This document shows, in pieces, positions 1 through 9,020 of a DNA stretch of 64,000 bases (position 1 is its first letter; each line of letters starts with the position of its first letter). The notes under the pieces are model-generated. The model did no database searches and was not told the DNA's origin. It saw nothing but the letters and a program-made list of their open reading frames with translations. The stretch spans positions 211,501-275,500 of the forward strand of contig CAVDSZ010000001.1 in NCBI GenBank assembly GCA_963611795.1. The letters are read 5' to 3'. The stretch comes from Akkermansia muciniphila (GTDB lineage: Bacteria > Bacillota > Clostridia > Oscillospirales > CAG-272). The position numbers were made by a program, and so were the translations under genes.

Positions 1-1119
1 GAACGATACATAGCCGTTCTGCAATTTGAAGAGAAAATCCACGACACCGACCGTGGTGAGGTGAGAGGCTTCCGCGTTTTCCTCGGCATCGGGGTTCCAC
101 AGTCCGAGGGCAACGGCGGTGACGGTGGCGGGTACGAGGATACAGAAGTTCGTCGCGCAGTAAACGGTGTCGGAGCGGATGCCGAGCGCGTCATGGGACT
201 TAAACTCGGTCATCATCCCCTCCATGCCTGAAACGGGTGAGGAAACGCCGTCGGGGAAATGGGCGTACTGACCGTCGGGATTGCCCTCCGCGTTCGTGAC
301 GATACCGCCGCGTTCGTTGTGCAGGAGTAGCTCACGGAAGATAGCGTCCGTGTCGGCAAGCGGCATTCCCTTATATAGATAAGGATATTTAACGCCTTTT
401 CCTTCGCCTGCCGGGGTCGGGGTCGTGCGATTCTGTAGGTAACAGGTGCCGCCTTCTTCAAAGAGCATTTTTCCGGCGGGCGACCAGGTACGCAGAATGT
501 TGGTGAAACGGTGATCCTGCAGTTTCTGCATGGCGTCATCATAGGAGAATTCCGTCAGAATGCTGTTGACTTTCTCCGCCGAGCCGAAATAGGATACCGC
601 CATGAGGATTGGAATCACATGGGGGGAGACATGGTTCGGGTTCCAGTGCTTGCTGTAATTCCCGGCGAGGCATGGCCCTGTCCGATAATCGTTTTGATCC
701 GAGGTTGCCCAGGAGCAGGTGACGACCGACGCGCGCATCAAGCAGTCGATACCGTATTTTTCTGGCTCGGTCAGGGCGCTCCAGATGTGCGGAGTCGCTT
801 TGGCGAGGGCAAACACGCAGGCAACCATGGCGTTGCCCCAAATGGGGCCGACTTTCATCGCGGGTTCAAGCCCGGGGGTCAGGAGGGAGCGGATACCCGC
901 GAGGACATAAAAAAGATTACTCTTTTCACCGGGGACTGTGAGTCCGGGTTCGTAGTGTTCCGCGAGGGTCTCGTACAACAGGGCAGTCGAGCCGCCAAGT
1001 TCACTATTCGTATTAACGCGCGTGTACGGCGTAAATGCCGCTGTGGGCATACGGTACGCGTCACGCAGGACATCATGTGGAAAATCCGGGCGTTTCCGGA
1101 CGTGTAAACGATAGTCCAT
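1..1119 (-). CDS. hypothetical protein, C-terminal end cut by window edge
   Basis: Absent from the ORF track because it never reaches a stop inside the window. On the reverse strand the ATG is the complement of 1117-1119, with GGAGG (complement of 1126-1130) 6 nt upstream. I translated 373 codons without a stop (MDYRLHVRKRPDF...GPIWGNAMVACVFALAK...VVDFLFKLQNGYVSF) down to base 1. No family recognised. Confidence 0.6.
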   Translation of the reverse strand, partial: MDYRLHVRKRPDFPHDVLRDAYRMPTAAFTPYTRVNTNSELGGSTALLYETLAEHYEPGLTVPGEKSNLFYVLAGIRSLLTPGLEPAMKVGPIWGNAMVACVFALAKATPHIWSALTEPEKYGIDCLMRASVVTCSWATSDQNDYRTGPCLAGNYSKHWNPNHVSPHVIPILMAVSYFGSAEKVNSILTEFSYDDAMQKLQDHRFTNILRTWSPAGKMLFEEGGTCYLQNRTTPTPAGEGKGVKYPYLYKGMPLADTDAIFRELLLHNERGGIVTNAEGNPDGQYAHFPDGVSSPVSGMEGMMTEFKSHDALGIRSDTVYCATNFCILVPATVTAVALGLWNPDAEENAEASHLTTVGVVDFLFKLQNGYVSF

Positions 1120-1274
1120 AATGATCCTCCGTTATGTAAAGTGGGGGATTCTCCCCGTATTGTATCTATTCTACCATGCCTTATGAAGATTTTCAATGTG
1201 AATTGTGCAATCGTGTTGTCATCCTTGCAATCTTTTGCTACAATTGGCGACAACCGACCTAAAAGGAGTTTACC

Positions 1275-2264
1275 ATGAAAGAAATTGCACCGGATTTTTA
1301 TAAAGACTTTCACTGTATCGGCGGAGCCTGCCGACATAGTTGCTGTATCGGGTGGGACGTGGAAATTGACGAAGATACGGCTGATTTTTACCGTTCTATC
1401 GGGGGTGAAATGGGAAAACGGCTTTCCAAAGAAGTGCGGTACGGCAAGGACGGCGCCGCTTTTCGGATGGGCACGGATCGACGTTGCCCGTTTTTAAACC
1501 GACAGAACCTCTGCGATATCATTACCGATATCGGAGAGGGAGGGCTTTGCCAGATCTGTGCGGATCATCCCCGCTTCCGCGCCGACTTCGACGGCAGAAT
1601 CGAGTTTGGACTCGGCATGGCGTGCGAGGAGGCGGCACGGCTGCTGCTGACGCACGAGGAGCCTCTCCGATTCGTCGTCGCGGGAGATGACGGCGAGGAC
1701 GATGAAGAGACGGAGGAAGAACAGCGTTTCTTCGGACGCCGTGCGGCACTCATCACGATTGCACAGGACAGAACCTATCCGGTGTATGAACGGACGGAGC
1801 GGCTCGCGCGCGCCGCCGGGATTGACGGGCTTGATCTCACGACGGAAAACTGGATTGGTTTTTATGAGGATCTGGAGACTGCCGAGCCGGAGAGTTTCGA
1901 AACACTGCGCCGCCTGATGTATGCGTCTTGCCACGGCAGAATCGGTACGTACCGCGCGGCGGAATCAGATTATGAGATTGCCGCCGAGCAGATACTGGTC
2001 TACTTCCTGTATCGCTATCTGTCGCACGCGGCGGACGAGGACGACTATCGCGCCCGTGTCGGTTTTTCCATTCTCGGTTGCCGTTTCCTCATGGATATTT
2101 GGGATACCGCCGAGACCGATGACACAAAGCTCCCGGAGGCGGAACTTGTCGGCTGCGCACGGCGTTATTCTGCAGAGGTGGAGTACAGCGAGGAGAATGT
2201 TGAGCGAATCCTCGAGGCACTGCGGCTTGAAATCCGTGATAAAGTCGCGGTCGCCACGGTATAA
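1275..2264 (+). CDS. cysteine-rich FliB-like protein (flagellin lysine-N-methylase / CxxCxxCC cysteine-cluster family)
   Basis: 329-aa ORF. The N-terminus FHCIGGACRHSCCIGWDVEIDEDTADFY, plus RCPFL...LCDI...CADHPRF, fits my recollection of the FliB/UPF0153 cysteine pattern. AAGGAG lies 6 nt before the ATG. Confidence 0.45.
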   Translation: MKEIAPDFYKDFHCIGGACRHSCCIGWDVEIDEDTADFYRSIGGEMGKRLSKEVRYGKDGAAFRMGTDRRCPFLNRQNLCDIITDIGEGGLCQICADHPRFRADFDGRIEFGLGMACEEAARLLLTHEEPLRFVVAGDDGEDDEETEEEQRFFGRRAALITIAQDRTYPVYERTERLARAAGIDGLDLTTENWIGFYEDLETAEPESFETLRRLMYASCHGRIGTYRAAESDYEIAAEQILVYFLYRYLSHAADEDDYRARVGFSILGCRFLMDIWDTAETDDTKLPEAELVGCARRYSAEVEYSEENVERILEALRLEIRDKVAVATV

Positions 2265-2270
2265 ATATGA

Positions 2271-2309
2271 CGGAGAGGAGCCATATTTTCGGGTCCTCTC
2301 CGATTTTTT
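2271..2309 (+). terminator. rho-independent terminator after FliB-like gene
   Basis: CGGAGAGGA / TCCTCTCCG 9-bp stem followed by ATTTTTT. Confidence 0.6.
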
Positions 2310-2352
2310 ATGCGTTGTAAGGATAAGGTGACACACAGGGGGCGCCGGGGTC

Positions 2353-2381
2353 TTGCATTCGCCGGGGGAATATGATAAAAT
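2353..2381 (+). promoter_or_regulatory. sigma-70 type promoter candidate
   Basis: TTGCAT, 17-nt spacer, TAAAAT with an extended TGn (TGATAAAAT), about 40 nt upstream of the ATG at 2423. Confidence 0.45.
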
Positions 2382-2422
2382 ACAGGTGGTGTTACAGGAA
2401 CAAGAAAAGGGGGAACTGTACG

Positions 2423-3088
2423 ATGCGCCATACTGCAAAACGAAGACTGACTGCTTTGCTGATTACGCTGATGCTCGCGGCACTTCTGAATCTGCTCATT
2501 TTCGCGTCGATGCAACCGTGGAAATTGGAGGAGCCATACCGTCCGGCTTTCTGGTTCTCCTACGGCGCGTTGATGCTGGCGTTTGTGCTGCGCTCTCTGT
2601 CGCTGTCCGTCGGTGGGGGCGACGCTGCGGATCGCAGGATACACACGGGTCTGCCGCTCGCGTTTTCCGCTCTGGTCTACTGGGGCGTGACGCTGATTCT
2701 CTCGTTCCTCTATATGATTCTTTCCGCGTGCCGAGTGCACGTGCCTTTCGCCCTGCCGCTCATCACGTTGCTGTTTGCGCTCGGCTTTTATCTCATTGCG
2801 CTGATTTGCCATTTTGCTGCGCGTCCGGTGTCGCATGCCGCTCCTGCCGATTCACCGATGCGCCGGATTGCCGATCGGCTGTATACGCTGAAAGCGCAGG
2901 TGTCGGATGCCATTTTGGCAAGGCACTTGGGAGAACTTGCGGACAGTATCGCCGCGTCTTGTGCAGATCCGGGGGTGGCGGAGCGTTTGACGTCCTGCCT
3001 TGCGGAGCTGGAAGAGCGCATTGTGGCGGATGACCGGCTCGGTATCGAGAAAACGATTGTCACGATGAAATCTTTCCTGCGCCATTGA
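2423..3088 (+). CDS. hypothetical membrane protein
   Basis: Start trimmed to ATG 2423 (MRHTAKRRLTALLITLMLAALL...) because AAGGGGGA sits just upstream. Several hydrophobic helices followed by a soluble helical C-terminal tail. No family recognised. Confidence 0.55.
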   Translation: MRHTAKRRLTALLITLMLAALLNLLIFASMQPWKLEEPYRPAFWFSYGALMLAFVLRSLSLSVGGGDAADRRIHTGLPLAFSALVYWGVTLILSFLYMILSACRVHVPFALPLITLLFALGFYLIALICHFAARPVSHAAPADSPMRRIADRLYTLKAQVSDAILARHLGELADSIAASCADPGVAERLTSCLAELEERIVADDRLGIEKTIVTMKSFLRH

Positions 3089-3169
3089 TCCCGACCGTAA
3101 ACAATCCCGGGCTCTGATGAGCCTGGGCGTTTAACGTTTGACTGACCTCCGATTACGGAAGGAACGAAT

Positions 3170-4384
3170 ATGCACTTTTTACCCGCCAATATCAGTTTGC
3201 CTGACTTTTCCCGCACGGACGCCGAGCGGTGGGCGGTCATCGCCTGTGATCAGTTCACGTCGGAACCCGCCTACTGGGAGGCGTGCCGCGACTTTGTCGG
3301 CGACGCCCCTTCCACCCTGAAAATGATTCTGCCGGAAGCATGGCTCGGGGACGGGGAGGACGCCAGAATCGACGGCACCGCGCGGACGATGCGCGCCTAC
3401 CGTGACACAATCCTTTCCGAGTTGCCGACGGGTTATGTCTATGTGGAACGTACCCAGCCTGACGGCAGAGTGCGCCCGGGTCTTGTCGGTATGATTGACC
3501 TCGAGGACTATGACTTCGCACCGGGGGCGGTAAGTCCCATTCGTGCCACCGAGGCGACCGTTTTATCCCGGATTCCTCCGCGCGTGAAAATCCGCCGAGA
3601 AGCAATCTACGAATTACCGCACGTCATGCTTCTCGCCGATGACCCGGACGATACAATTCTGTCTCCGTATGCGGGCGGGCAGCGGCTTTCACCTCTTTAC
3701 GATACCCCCCTTATGGCGGGTGGCGGGCGCCTCATCGGCTGGCGCGTGGAGGCGTCGGAGGCGGCGCGCCTTGACGCCTGCCTTGCTGCGCTCGCGCACG
3801 GGGGACATCCGCTTATCCTCGCCGTCGGCGACGGGAATCACTCGCTCGCGACGGCAAAAACCATTTACGAACAGTACAAGACGGCGCACCCCGACGAGGC
3901 GGCAACATCGCCCCTGCGTTATGCGCTCGCGGAAGTCGTGAATCTGCATGCCGCCGCCCTGGACTTTGAACCGATTTACAGGATTGCGACGGGGTGTGAC
4001 CCTGCCGCGCTGGCACAGGCATTCGCCGCGTTCGTGTCGGACATGGGCAAGAGCGGGAAATTCACCGGTGGGCAAGTGACGCTCATCGCCGGAGTCAAAG
4101 AGAAAACGGAGACGTATTCTTGCGCGTACCATCCGCTTGCCGTCGGCGTGGTTGATGCCTTTTTGGAGCGGCACCCCGAAGTGAAAGTCGATTATATTCA
4201 CGGGGAAGAATCGCTCCGTCGCCTTGCCGCGGCGCCGGACGCAATCGGCTTTTTGTTTTCGGGTATCCGCAAGGAGGAACTGTTCCCGGCAATCGCGACG
4301 AGCGGAAGCCTGCCACGCAAAACGTTTTCGATGGGGCAGGCGCGTGACAAGAGATACTATATGGAGGCACGTCTGCTCCGCTGA
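3170..4384 (+). CDS. DUF1015 family protein
   Basis: 404 aa. AVIACDQFTSEPAYW near the N-terminus and VGDGNHSLATAK resemble the DUF1015 signature (xDGHHR-like) as I remember it. Confidence 0.55.
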   Translation: MHFLPANISLPDFSRTDAERWAVIACDQFTSEPAYWEACRDFVGDAPSTLKMILPEAWLGDGEDARIDGTARTMRAYRDTILSELPTGYVYVERTQPDGRVRPGLVGMIDLEDYDFAPGAVSPIRATEATVLSRIPPRVKIRREAIYELPHVMLLADDPDDTILSPYAGGQRLSPLYDTPLMAGGGRLIGWRVEASEAARLDACLAALAHGGHPLILAVGDGNHSLATAKTIYEQYKTAHPDEAATSPLRYALAEVVNLHAAALDFEPIYRIATGCDPAALAQAFAAFVSDMGKSGKFTGGQVTLIAGVKEKTETYSCAYHPLAVGVVDAFLERHPEVKVDYIHGEESLRRLAAAPDAIGFLFSGIRKEELFPAIATSGSLPRKTFSMGQARDKRYYMEARLLR

Positions 4385-4521
4385 CGCGCCAAGCGTTCCG
4401 GCGACAGAGACACGCTCCGGAGGCACGGAACGTTTCGGGGGACTTTCCTGCTGTGATATCGGACGAAGTCATCGGAGGGAAATACTTTCCGGCTCCCGCG
4501 GGGAGCGGAGGAGGTACAAAT

Positions 4522-5733
4522 ATGAAATCACTCAGAGCCCTGTACCGTATCGGTGCAGGACCTTCCAGTTCTCATACCATGGGGCCGGAGCGGATTGCCC
4601 GGCGTTTCCTCACCCTGTTTCCTGATGCCGCGCACTATCGCGTGACGCTCTACGGCTCGCTTGCCGCGACCGGGCGCGGGCACGGAACGGATGCGGTCAT
4701 CAGGCGGGTGATGCCCGCGGATACCGAGGTCGTATTTTCAAGCGAAAATACGGAAATCGAGCACCCCAATACCATGGATCTCACGGCGGAGTATCGGGGG
4801 CATACCGAGACTCGCCGCGCGTACAGTCTCGGCGGCGGCGCCATCGCTTTCCGCGGGGAAGCGAACGAGGAGGAGCCGGATGTTTACACGCTCTCGACCT
4901 TCCGGGAAATCGCCGACCTCTGCCGGGAGAGGGGCTGGCGCCTGTCGGATTACGTATTCGCGGCGGAGGGCGAGGGAATCCGGGATTACCTCCTCACGGT
5001 TTGGCACACCATGTGTGCGTGTATTGACGAGGGGTTGCTCACGACGGGAATCCTCCCCGGGGGGCTCGGCGTCGCAAGAAAGGCGCACGACCTCTACGCG
5101 CAACGGGACGCGTCCGAGCCGGCAGACGTTGCCGAGGACAGGCTTGTCTGTGCGTACGCGTATGCCACGGCGGAACAGAACGCCTCGGGCGGGACGGTCG
5201 TGACGGCGCCGACATGCGGCGCCGCCGGGGTTATGCCCGCGGCACTCAAATATATGCAGGTCACACATGACTTTTCGGACGACAGAATCGTTCGGGCGCT
5301 TGCCGCCGGCGGGCTTGTCGGCAACCTCATCAAGACCAATGCCAGTATCAGCGGCGCGGAATGCGGCTGTCAGGCAGAAATCGGTTCTGCCACTTCCATG
5401 ACCGCCGCAGCGCTCGCGGAACTGTTTGACCGCTCAATCACCGAACTGGAATATGCGGCGGAACTTTCGATGGAGCATCACCTGGGATTGACCTGTGACC
5501 CCGTGCGGGGATTGGTGCAGATTCCGTGTATTGAGCGGAACGCCGTGGCGGCGCTTCGTGCCATCAACGCCATCTCACTCGCCGGGTTCCTGACCAATAC
5601 CCGTAAGGTGTCGTTCGATACCATTGTCCGTACCATGTACGAGACAGGACACGACCTCGGGCGCGGCTATCGGGAGACGAGTGAAAAGGGGCTCGCAAGT
5701 CTTTATCGCGACCAGGACGAAGGTCGTGCCTGA
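4522..5733 (+). CDS. L-serine ammonia-lyase (iron-sulfur dependent, single chain)
   Basis: MKSLRALYRIGAGPSSSHTMGP is the classic L-serine dehydratase N-terminus, and the cysteines (TAPTCGAAG, ECGCQAE, CIERNA) fit the Fe-S site. Start moved to ATG 4522, behind GGAGGAGG. Confidence 0.85.
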   Translation: MKSLRALYRIGAGPSSSHTMGPERIARRFLTLFPDAAHYRVTLYGSLAATGRGHGTDAVIRRVMPADTEVVFSSENTEIEHPNTMDLTAEYRGHTETRRAYSLGGGAIAFRGEANEEEPDVYTLSTFREIADLCRERGWRLSDYVFAAEGEGIRDYLLTVWHTMCACIDEGLLTTGILPGGLGVARKAHDLYAQRDASEPADVAEDRLVCAYAYATAEQNASGGTVVTAPTCGAAGVMPAALKYMQVTHDFSDDRIVRALAAGGLVGNLIKTNASISGAECGCQAEIGSATSMTAAALAELFDRSITELEYAAELSMEHHLGLTCDPVRGLVQIPCIERNAVAALRAINAISLAGFLTNTRKVSFDTIVRTMYETGHDLGRGYRETSEKGLASLYRDQDEGRA

Positions 5734-5798
5734 ACGGCGAAACGCCCCAAAGTTCGGCTCCGCCCCGTTGGCGAAGCAAAAGGAAGAGAGGAATCGAA

Positions 5799-6341
5799 AT
5801 GGAAAATGTTAGGGAGACGGCGGCGCGCGCCGCCTTGGAACTGTGTGAAAAAGCAGGGCTTGTCCGCGGAGATATTCTGGTGGTCGGTTGTTCGACCAGC
5901 GAAGTGGCGGGGAGCACCATCGGGACGGATTCCAGACCCGAGCTCGCGGGGGAACTGCTCGCGGGGATTCGGTCGGTTCTTGACGAGCGCGGTATATGGC
6001 TCGCGGCACAGTGCTGCGAGCATTTGAATCGTGCGATTGTGATAGAGCGCGAGGCGGTGCCCGGGGCGGAGATCGTCAATGTCGTCCCGCAGCCGAAGGC
6101 GGGCGGCTCTTTCGCCACCGCCGCTTATGCGTCGTTTGGACACCCGGTCGTCGTGGAGGAAATCCGTGCGGACGCCGGGCTGGATATCGGCGGCACGCTC
6201 ATCGGTATGCACTTGCGTCGCGTCGCCGTGCCGGTACGGCTGTCGATGAATCATATCGGCTCCGCAATCCTCATTGCCGCGCGCACCCGCCCGAAATTCA
6301 TCGGCGGAATCCGCGCACACTATGATGAAACGCTTCTGTAA
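5799..6341 (+). CDS. TIGR01440 (UPF0340/YwlG-like) family protein
   Basis: 180 aa with ILVVGCSTSEVAGSTIG and AAQCCEHLNRA motifs typical of this family. Confidence 0.65.
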   Translation: MENVRETAARAALELCEKAGLVRGDILVVGCSTSEVAGSTIGTDSRPELAGELLAGIRSVLDERGIWLAAQCCEHLNRAIVIEREAVPGAEIVNVVPQPKAGGSFATAAYASFGHPVVVEEIRADAGLDIGGTLIGMHLRRVAVPVRLSMNHIGSAILIAARTRPKFIGGIRAHYDETLL

Positions 6342-6394
6342 AACGAAACAGTCCCCGGAGGGGCATACACCCCCTGACTGCCTCACAGTAGACG

Positions 6395-6425
6395 AAAAGC
6401 GGTTCCGACGGAACCGCTTTTTGCG
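6395..6425. terminator. bidirectional terminator between TIGR01440 gene and feoB
   Basis: AAAAGCGGTTCC-GAC-GGAACCGCTTTTT hairpin flanked by an A-run and a T-run. Confidence 0.7.
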
Positions 6426-6476
6426 TTTTTGAGGGGGGCGAGGCGTCGACCGCAGGCGACGTTATTCCGCGCGGAT

Positions 6477-8627
6477 TTACACGCCGAAGAGGGCAAAAAG
6501 TCCGTGTGTCAGAAGGCAGAAGAGTATCCCGAAAAGCGTCGGAAGGGCGCAGGCGAGGAGCGTCCAGCGCAGACTTTTCGTCTCCTTATGAATGGTGAGA
6601 ATCGTCGTGGAACAGGGCCAATGGAACAGGCAGAAGAACACGAGGCAGAGCGCCGTTTTACGGCTCCACCCCGCCGAGAGGAGCAACGCCCGGAGTTCTC
6701 CCCCTGCGGCGTAATCCATGAGAGACGTGCCGGCAGTATATGCCATGAGCGCAATCGGCAGGAGAATCTCGTTCGCCGGGAGGGCGAGGAGAAAGGCGAG
6801 GAGGAGGACGCCGTCCATGCCGAGCAGATGCCCGAGCGGGTCGAGCGCGCCCGCGCCCCATGCGAGCAGAGACGTGCCACCCGGAGAGACGTTGGCGAGC
6901 AGCCAGATGACGGCACCCGCCGGAGCGGCGACCGCGACCGCACGCCCGAGGACAAAGAGTGTCCGGTCGAGGACGGAACGCACGAGAATCTGTTTCAGCT
7001 GCGGCGGGCGGTAAGGGGGCAACTCGAGCGTAAAGCCGGAGGGGGTACCGCGCAGGCACGTCACGGACAGGAGCCGCGTGGCGAGCAGGGTCATCAGCAC
7101 TGCAAGCACAATGATGGCGGTCAGGAGCAGAGCGGAGGTCAGCGAGGAGAATACACCGCCTGCCGCTCCGACAAAGAAGACGGTCAGCACCGTAATCAGC
7201 GTGGGAAAGCGACCGTTACAGGGAACGAACGCGTTCGTGAGGATTGCGAGCAGGCGCTCTCGCGGTGAGTCAATGATGCGGCAGCCGACCACCCCGGCGG
7301 CGTTACAGCCGAAGCCCATGCACATGGTGAGCGCCTGCTTGCCGCAAGCATGGCAGGCACAGAAAGGTCGGTCGAGATTGTACGCAATCCTCGGGAGGAA
7401 CCCGACGTCCTCGAGAAATGTAAAGAGGGGGAAGAAGATTGCCATCGGCGGGAGCATAACGGACGTCACCCAGGCGACGGTGCGGAATACCCCGTCAACG
7501 AGGAGCCCTGTGAGCCACGCCGGAAAATGCCAATACGTGAAGAGCGTCCTGAGCGGCGGCTCCCATGCGAAGAGGAGTCGCGACAACGCGGCAGAGGGGT
7601 AGTTCGCCCCGACAATCGTCAGCCAGAAAACGAGGGCGAGCAGAAGCAGCATCGCGGGATAGGCGGTGACGCGTCCTGTCAGGAGCCTGTCAATGGTACG
7701 GTCGCGGTTGCAGGTGCCGGGCGGCGGCAGAGTGACGGCTGCGGCGGCGACCTCGTGCGCGAGGTACATAATCCGCTCGACAATCCTGTCTCGGAGCGCG
7801 TCTCCCGCAAGCCCCCTTGCCGCGAGCATATCACGCGCCCCTTCAACGGCGCGGGCAATCTCCGGTACCTCCATGGGGTCACACGAGAGGTGCCGCGCCG
7901 TTGAGGCGGCGAGTGACGTGTCGGGGGAGAGTAGACGCAGGGCGAGCCAACGGGCGGGGCAGGTGGCGCCGAGCGATGCCGAGAGATACGGCTCCACCCG
8001 GTGGATTGCCTCCTCAATTTCCTCCCCGTAATCGACCCGCACGGGTGGCGATGCCGGCGGTGTTTCCAGAAGTGCGAGCAGGGGGAGGACGCTTTTCTTC
8101 TGCCTTGCATTGACGGCGATGACGGGGATTCCGAGCGAGGCGGAGAGCCGCTCCGTCGAAATGCGGATACGTTTTTTCGCCGCTTCTTCCACCAGATTCA
8201 GGCACAGGACGGTGTGCGGCGCGATTTCCGTGACCTGCAACACGAGATTCAGATTTCGTTCCAGTGTGCAGGCATCGCAGACCACGACGGCGGCGTCTGC
8301 GCCGCCGAACAGGAGAAAATCCCTCGCGACTTCTTCCTCTTCGGAGGAGGCGAAGAGCGAGTAAGTACCGGGGATATCGACCAAGTGATATCCCCGTTCG
8401 CCCGCCCGGACGTAGCCGGTTGCACTCGCGACCGTCTTGCCGGGCCAGTTGCCGGTGTGCTGGTGGAGACCGGTCAGGGTATTGAACAGGGTGCTTTTTC
8501 CCACATTGGGATTCCCCGCAAGGGCGATGACGCGGTCACCCGGCTGTTTTTTTTCAATGGCAAGCCCGCCGTCCACCGCGCCGTGTCCGGTCGAAGAATG
8601 TGTCAATCCCATAGGGGTACACCTCAC
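6477..8627 (-). CDS. feoB: ferrous iron transport protein B
   Basis: N-terminal G-domain IALAGNPNVGKSTLFNTLTG, followed by a long polytopic membrane domain. The GTG start overlaps the feoA stop (GTGA). An alternative ATG lies at 8612. Confidence 0.9.
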   Translation of the reverse strand: MRCTPMGLTHSSTGHGAVDGGLAIEKKQPGDRVIALAGNPNVGKSTLFNTLTGLHQHTGNWPGKTVASATGYVRAGERGYHLVDIPGTYSLFASSEEEEVARDFLLFGGADAAVVVCDACTLERNLNLVLQVTEIAPHTVLCLNLVEEAAKKRIRISTERLSASLGIPVIAVNARQKKSVLPLLALLETPPASPPVRVDYGEEIEEAIHRVEPYLSASLGATCPARWLALRLLSPDTSLAASTARHLSCDPMEVPEIARAVEGARDMLAARGLAGDALRDRIVERIMYLAHEVAAAAVTLPPPGTCNRDRTIDRLLTGRVTAYPAMLLLLALVFWLTIVGANYPSAALSRLLFAWEPPLRTLFTYWHFPAWLTGLLVDGVFRTVAWVTSVMLPPMAIFFPLFTFLEDVGFLPRIAYNLDRPFCACHACGKQALTMCMGFGCNAAGVVGCRIIDSPRERLLAILTNAFVPCNGRFPTLITVLTVFFVGAAGGVFSSLTSALLLTAIIVLAVLMTLLATRLLSVTCLRGTPSGFTLELPPYRPPQLKQILVRSVLDRTLFVLGRAVAVAAPAGAVIWLLANVSPGGTSLLAWGAGALDPLGHLLGMDGVLLLAFLLALPANEILLPIALMAYTAGTSLMDYAAGGELRALLLSAGWSRKTALCLVFFCLFHWPCSTTILTIHKETKSLRWTLLACALPTLFGILFCLLTHGLFALFGV

Positions 8628-8860
8628 TCAGTTATTACCGATACCTCCATCGCGTCGCGGCGCCTGATGGCGATGACAGCCCCCCTGATGAGATAAGCGC
8701 TGGGATCACCGAGGGGACTGCGCCCGAGACAGGTGACTTCCGCGCCCGGAATCAGCCCGAGATCGGCAAGTCTGCGCCGCATTCGTCCCTCTGCTAGTAA
8801 GGAGACGACACGAACCGTCTCGCCGACCTCTGTCGCGGCGAGTGATTTCGGCATATTCAT
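8624..8860 (-). CDS. feoA: FeoA family iron transport protein
   Basis: 78-aa SH3-like FeoA (VRVVSL...RRRLADLGLIPGAEV...GDP) directly upstream of feoB and overlapping it. Confidence 0.85.
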   Translation of the reverse strand: MNMPKSLAATEVGETVRVVSLLAEGRMRRRLADLGLIPGAEVTCLGRSPLGDPSAYLIRGAVIAIRRRDAMEVSVITE

Positions 8861-9020
8861 TTTTCGTCCTTTGGTTTTCTTCGGGGGTAATTCCCCCTGT
8901 AAACAGGGTATGACGCAGGGCGTATCCCGGTGCGGGGCGGATAATCAATCTTTTGTTTACGCTATTGAGTTTTGGGGCAATACATGATACAATGGAGCCA
9001 TCTTACACGGAGGCTTTTCC

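Noticed and set aside
8935-8975. Fur box upstream of feoA (GATAATCAATC on the plus strand, TTGATTATC on the feoA sense strand).
   Set aside because: Only one half-site (ATTATC) matches the 7-1-7 TGATAATnATTATCA consensus. That is too weak to call without a genome-wide matrix scan.
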